From positions 1 through 44,000 of the forward strand of contig JASJQH010000031.1 in the NCBI GenBank assembly GCA_040143965.1: a stretch of 44,000 nucleotides of DNA, in the 5' to 3' direction. A model generated the notes under the pieces. It saw only the letters and a list, made by a program, of their open reading frames with translations, made no database searches and was not told the DNA's origin. Source of the DNA: Basidiobolus ranarum (Eukaryota). Shown here piece by piece: positions 37,932 through 44,000 of the stretch. A program made the translations under genes and the position numbers. Positions within the stretch are counted from its first letter, which is position 1; every line of letters begins with the position of its first letter.

Positions 37932-40900
37932 ATGAATCCTAAACCTAGTTCCAACAAAGCCACACCACAGTTCACCTACGCTCAATTAGCACAGAAAGCT
38001 AAGAACACTGTTTCTACCCCACCATCTCAACCACAATCGGCTAAATCTCCCCCAACCAAATCTGAAAAGCCTGCTTCTCAACCTAAACAACAGCCAACAG
38101 TGCAATCTAATGGTAACAGCTCTCAATCTGCACCTGTTCCTAATGCTTGGGTAAAGAAACCTGTCATCTCTGCTTCTAAAGGTTCTGCGGTTCAATTTCC
38201 TGCTCGTCAACCATCTGTTGGAAGTGCTCCTGCAATCCAGTTTGGATCAATCAATCAAGCAGCACCTAATAATGGTTCTACAGAATCTACTACAGAGCCT
38301 ACTGACTCTGTTAAGGAACCTGTAAAAGAAAGTGCTCCAGCACAGCAAGAACAGCCTGCTGTCAGTAACAAGCCTACTAAACCCGTCTTTGGTTCTTCTG
38401 CTACCAAAAATACTGGAAATGCACCAGTTCGTAAGGCTCAGACTGAGGCTGCCCCTCAAACTAAGGTCACTCCAGCACCTGCTGTTGAGACACCAAAGTT
38501 GACACAACCATCTCCCCGTCCTCGTCCAGCTCAATCTCCCAGTGTTCCTCATGCTCCCCATCCCCATCAACCCCACCAATTCTCTCCTCGTCAAGGACAC
38601 CAACCACATCCTTCTAGTCAGCCTCATATTCGCCCCCATCACTATCCTAAATCTCCTATGCCAGTGAATGCGGGACCTGGCTCACCTTCCATGGCTACTA
38701 GCCCTGTTATACCAGCAGCTTTCTCTCCTCAACAAAGACCCAGAGATAAGCCTATGCACAGCCCAATTCAGCCTCCTATGTCACCTTCTATGGCACAGGT
38801 AATTTTTTATTCAACTAACATATTCGTCCAAAAGTTCATTAACTAATGAATTGGTTTTTTAGTACCCATATCAATATCCTGGTTATCAACCTCAATACGA
38901 CCCCAGTGGTCAACAAGGATTTTACCGTCCGGTATACTCTGTACCATACCCTGTTCCTGTTATGCCACCTGGTGTTCAACCTCGTTTAAACACTGGTGCT
39001 CCTACATTTGTTCCTCCTCAGTCTAACAGAGCCATCAGAATTGTTAATCCTAAGACCGGTGGTGTTGTTGACCTTAAGGGTTCACCCCCAGTTAGTAACA
39101 AGGAGTCACCAGTCTCTTCTCCATCTACCCCTAAAGCCCAATCCAAACCTGAAGAGGTGAAAGAAAAGGCTGAGGAAGTTTCTGAACCAAAGGAAAATTT
39201 CACTGTTCCCAAGAGTACTGAGTCAAAGGCAATCCCTATTGTTAATCCTGCTATGAAAGAACAAAATGAAGCACCTAAAGTTCCTGAAGTTGAAACTAAA
39301 CCTGAGGTAGAGGCACCTAAGGAGACCGAAGTTGCCCCTGTTCCTGAGGCTGCTCCTGAAGTTGCTCCTGTTCAAGAAGTTGTACCTGAGGTTGCTTCTG
39401 TCGAAGAACCTGTACAGGAGAAGGCCATTGAAACTGAAGAAGCTGTCAAGACTAGTGAGACCAAGGAGGTCATTGAAAATATCGAAGAGAAGCAAGTTGA
39501 GCCTGCCACTGTTGAAGAAGTAAATGTTGCCAAGGAAGAGCCCAAGGAACCCGTTGTTGAATCCTCTAAAGATCAACAAGAAGTTGTTCCTGAGGTTAAG
39601 CAAGAAGTTGAGGCTGAAATCCCACAAGTCGAAGAACCAAGTGTTTCTGAGACTCCTAAGGAAGATGAGGCTCAAGTTCCTGATACTACCAGCGAAGCTA
39701 AGGAGACTGTTCAACCTAAGAGTGAAGCCGTAGTTCCTGAAGCTGAGGCCGTTGAGGCCGAGACTAAGGAAGAATCCAAGCCTGAGGTAGCACCTGCTAG
39801 TGAAACCAAAGCAGAAGCTGATGCTCCAGTTCAATCCTCTCAAGTAGAAGATAACGCTAAGCCTGCTGAAGCAAGCAATGCTACTCCTGCCAGTACTCTT
39901 AACCCCGAGCAACTTAACCAAGTTACTTATCCTCCAAACATTAATGCTCCTAAGAGTTTGGCTGAATCCGGTCCTCTTAAGTATGATGCTTCATTCTTAC
40001 TTCAATTCAAGGATGTCTGCAAAGATAGACCTAATAATATGCCTACCCTTGAGTCTCTTGGTATTGAGGAAAATGTCCGTGATGACAAGAGATCTGCCAG
40101 TAGTGGTGGTAGACGTGGAGGACGTGGTGGAGGAAATAGTGGACCTAAAGGCGCTAATTCTTTCGCTGGAGATATGGGCTCATTCAAACATACACCAAAG
40201 ACCAGTGAGGAAAGATTTGCTGCCTCACAGGGTGCTGGAGGCCGCGGTGGTTTCAATCGTGGTTCTATGGGTGGTAGATCCGCTAGTGGTAGCAACAATA
40301 TGCCAGGTATGGGCAGTCGTGATGGCCGAGGATCTCGTTCAGGACGCCATAACAAGGGCAAGGGTGAGCGTCAACAACAAGGTGGACCTACCATTCCTCT
40401 TGATGAGGTCGTTCCTCTTGCTTTCTCTAAAGAGCGTTGGGTTCCTAACGCTATTGCTGCCCCATCAGCCGATGAAGAGAAGGCCAAGAAAGATATCCTC
40501 TGCCGTAAGGTTAATGGTCTCTTGAATAAATTGACTCTTGAGAAGTTCGAATCTATTTCCGACAAGATTACCGACTTTGCCAACAAAGCTACTGATGAAA
40601 AGAATGGATCTACTCTCCAAACTATCATTCAATTAGTCTTTGAGAAGGCTACTGATGAACCTAACTTCATTATGGTATATGCATCTCTTTGCAGAAAGAT
40701 GATGGATAACATTAGCGCTGACGTTATGGACGAAAGCATCAGAGGTAAAGATAACAAGCCTGTTGCTGGTGGTGCCTTATTCCGTAAATACCTTCTTAGC
40801 AGATGTCAAGAAGAGTTTGAAAAGGGTTGGAAGGTTAACTTGGCCGATGGTTCTTCTTTGGACAATCCTAACGCCCTTCTCACTGATGAATACTATGTCG

Positions 40901-42336
40901 CTGCCAAGGCTAAGCGTAGAGGTCTTGGTTTGATGGGATTCATTGGAGAACTCTTCAAGTTACAAATGTTAACTGAACGTATTATGCACGAGTGTATCAA
41001 ACGCCTTTTGAGTAACGTTCAAACCCCTGAGGAAGAAGAAACCGAAAGTTTGTGCAAGCTTATGACCACTGTTGGAAAGCAATTGGATCGTAAAGAAGCT
41101 AAGAATTATATGGATGCTTACTTCCAACGTATGAAGGAAATGTCCGTTAACAAGAAATTGAACAGTAGAATCAGATTCATGTTATTGGATGTTATCGATT
41201 TACGTTCTAACAAATGGGTTCCTCGTCGTGAGGTTGCCGGTCCTAAAACCATCTCCCAAATTCATCAAGATGCTCAAAAGCAAAAGGAAGAAACTGCTGA
41301 GATGCTTAAGAAAACTGCCAGCTCCGGTGGCAGAATGCCTTCTAATAACCAACAACTCAATCGTTCCAATTCTGAACGTCGTGATAGACGTGGTCCTCCT
41401 GGTCAACAAGGTCCTGATGGTTGGAACACTGTTGGAAATGCACCTTCTTCACGTAAAACTGGGGATTTGGCCGCCTTTGGTAACTTAACCCGCAGCAAGA
41501 GTGGGGCTAATGTTAGTCTTGGTCCTGGTGGAGGCGTTTTCGGTGCTCTCGGTGGTGGTAGCAAGGGTTGGAAACCAGCTGAAGCTAAGGGTAAGGAAGA
41601 ACCCAAGGCCAAGCCCCCATCTGGTAACATGTTCAGTGCTCTTATGTCATCTGAGAGCCCCAAGAAGGATTTCGAAAGAAAGCCATTGAACCTTCGTCCT
41701 AGAAGTGTCCAAACCCCTGAAGAGACTAAGCCTGAGGAGGTCAAACTCACCAAGGATGAGGCCGAAGCCAAGGTGAAGGCCATGGTTGCTGAGTACTTGT
41801 CTGTCCAGGATGTTCCTGAAGTAACAACATGTATCAAAGAACTTGGCTCTTCTGAATTCTACCCTACTGTCATTTCCGAGTTTATCAACGAAGCTATTGA
41901 CAAGAAGCAGAAGGATATTGATGCTGTGATCAAGTTGTTCAAGGTGTTAGCTACTTCTGATGTCATTACCCGCGACTTGTTTGTCGCAGGTATTCTTGAG
42001 GTAATGGAATATTTGGAAGATATTTCTATTGATGTTCCCCAAGCGTTCAGCCGTATGGGGGCCATGATGGCTGGAGCACCTATTGAGCTAGAGGACCTTC
42101 CCAAGATTCTCGAGAATCTATTGTCTCTCCCTGGAGCTATTCCTCCCTCCAACAAGGTATTGGGAGAGTATCTCAAGACACTTTCTGCTGACATCGGTGC
42201 TGAAGCACTCAAGGAGAAGTTCGAAAAGTCTGGATTGGAATGGACTCAGGTGCTACCTAAGGCACAACAATCCGAAGAAAAGATCGAGGAATTCTTGAAG
42301 AAATATGAGCTGGAGTTCTTACAGAAGACAAATTAA
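37932..42336 (+). CDS. eIF4G: Eukaryotic translation initiation factor 4G (MIF4G plus MA3); intron 38799-38862
   Basis: eIF4E-binding YDASFLL (YxxxxLPhi), an RGG region, MIF4G RKVNGLLNKLTLEKF...FEKATDEPNF...FIGELFKLQMLTERIMHECI...SRIRFMLLDVIDLR, and a C-terminal MA3-like KAMVAEYLSVQDVPEVTTCIKEL. Confidence 0.96.
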
Positions 42337-42911
42337 AATCCGAGTACAAAATAATATACAGACGCAGACACAGACGCAGAGAATTAACCACATCACATCC
42401 ACACTATAACCTATCCGCCATATCTCGTCATTTTTCCTACGTATCGAATATCGATTGCTAATAAATCCTTATTACTCGTTTCGTCCTCTCTGAAAAAGAA
42501 CTCCATCATTGCTCCCTCGCTTTCCTCATACACTCTTTTCACCAGATGGGATTATTTTGTTTATTATATTTCCTTCCTTCCTTCCTTCTTATTTCCTATA
42601 TACATTTTCTCTTCCTCTCTTCCACAATCTTCTTAATTTACATATTATAAATATGAAAAAGATACTTTATATCCAAAAGAAACGCCGATCCCTGAAACGC
42701 TTACTATTCATTGAGTTTGTTGTTCATTGACTCGATGATCAATGGGCCTAATTTTGGGTTACATTTGCATATTTAATAAAATGCTCATTTCAAAATTAAC
42801 TAAAAATTCAAAGTAGAAAAGTACAAGATTACGGGATAGAAAGGGAAGGGAAGGCAAGGCAAGGGAGATGTGAAGCTATAAGATATTCAAAAAGAAATCC
42901 TTGGAATGGGA

Positions 42912-43969
42912 TTAATGGTCAACAAACTCCAACATATCTTTTACGTATTTTGTGGTGGTTCTAGGGGTCAATTTTCGGGTTAGCCGTGCAGGTCTTGGGG
43001 GTAGGGCGGGGTTCTGAGGAGATAAATTATCCGAAGAATTGGTCACATTCAGTGCCTTAGAATTTGGTATAGGTGAGACCATATTGGGGAGATGACTACC
43101 TCGAGCAGCAGGTGAGCGTCTAATATTAAGATTCAATACACCCATGTGAAGCCCGTTTCCATCAATGTCAATACTAATTAATCCAGAGTCATCTTTTCCG
43201 TTAGGTCCCAAAGAAGGAGTTCGACTAGGTGTAGCTGGCTTATTGTCATTAGTATGTGTGATATTCATATGCCCGGCTGGGTCCTTTGCTTTGTCTTCGG
43301 ATATGGATTCACTGTTGCTTGATACTCCATCTAATGCTGTCGTATTGGCAGAGGATAGATCGATGAGATCTCTGGTGGGTGCCAATGCACTAGAATCACT
43401 TTCGAATGCTTTTGAAGACTCGGGGTTGCCTTGGCATTGAGTTGACGGTGTTCCGGGTGGCCAAATTGAAGAGACTAATTTAAAATTGGATGTTTAGTTG
43501 GATATTCGATGAACACTTATTAACTCGTACAACATACTATCCATGGGTTTGTTGAGGGGGAATTGCCTGGAGCTTCGCTTGGGGTTTCTGGATACAAAGG
43601 CTGGGCTACTTGGTGCAGCATTCGATACCCGCGAGGATGATTTACGAGGAAGTGGGAAAACTACGCCAACATGATTAACAAACGCAGTGAACAATACCGA
43701 GCTGATCAACAGAGTGGGGCAAAAGATCAATCCCAAATTTGAAACTGTCATCTTATTCTCTGCATTATAAAAGTCCAGACGAGCCAAATGTGACATCAAC
43801 CAATGCAATAAATAATAATTCGGTTCAGGTAAACATTCAGCCACCAAGGCCAATTTTTCTGGTACATTTTCCATCAGTTTGAGTTTTTGTTCCGGTGAAA
43901 GACCTGCACTTTTAGGTAGACATGCACTAAATTCTGGGAGTAGATCTTGGGGGATGATAGGGTCGGGAA
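42912..43969 (-). CDS. RhoGAP-domain protein, 3' portion (5' part beyond the window); intron 43475-43537
   Basis: (L)PDPIIPQDL...LPEPNYYLLHWLMSHL...NKMTVSNLGLIFCPTL is the RhoGAP C-terminal half. It is followed by a Ser/Pro-rich tail with PALPPRP. Confidence 0.88.
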
Positions 43970-44000
43970 CTAGTTAACAAAATATTATTTTCAGTGATTG

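Noticed and set aside
39018-42212. Overlapping alternative-frame and antisense ORFs within eIF4G (for example 39878-40525 and 39223-39921)
   Set aside because: They are codon-bias shadows with no recognisable domains.

Overview
Gene-dense, AT-rich eukaryotic DNA with many short (about 50-110 nt) GT-AG introns. It is an early-diverging fungus; Zoopagomycota such as Basidiobolus is my inference from gene content and style, not a database result. From 5.8 kb onward the window is mostly conserved genes: L-2-hydroxyglutarate dehydrogenase, ferrochelatase, ERG24, a Meu6/PH_6-type PH protein, IDI1, a BTB protein, FOL1, MED14, TRAPPC11, NoxR, eIF4G and a partial RhoGAP. The first 5.1 kb is different: four intronless, TATA-preceded genes. 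These are a signal-peptide Zn-dependent nucleoside/nucleobase deaminase (missed by the ORF track), a secreted Streptomyces subtilisin inhibitor (SSI/I16) homologue that is probably horizontally acquired, an HSL-family esterase, and a secreted chitin deacetylase with intact catalytic motifs but one in-frame TAG right after its signal peptide. A cryptic multi-exon gene or pseudogene lies at about 15.5-16.6 kb. I recognised no tRNA, rRNA, CRISPR array or transposon. Exon boundaries were read by eye.
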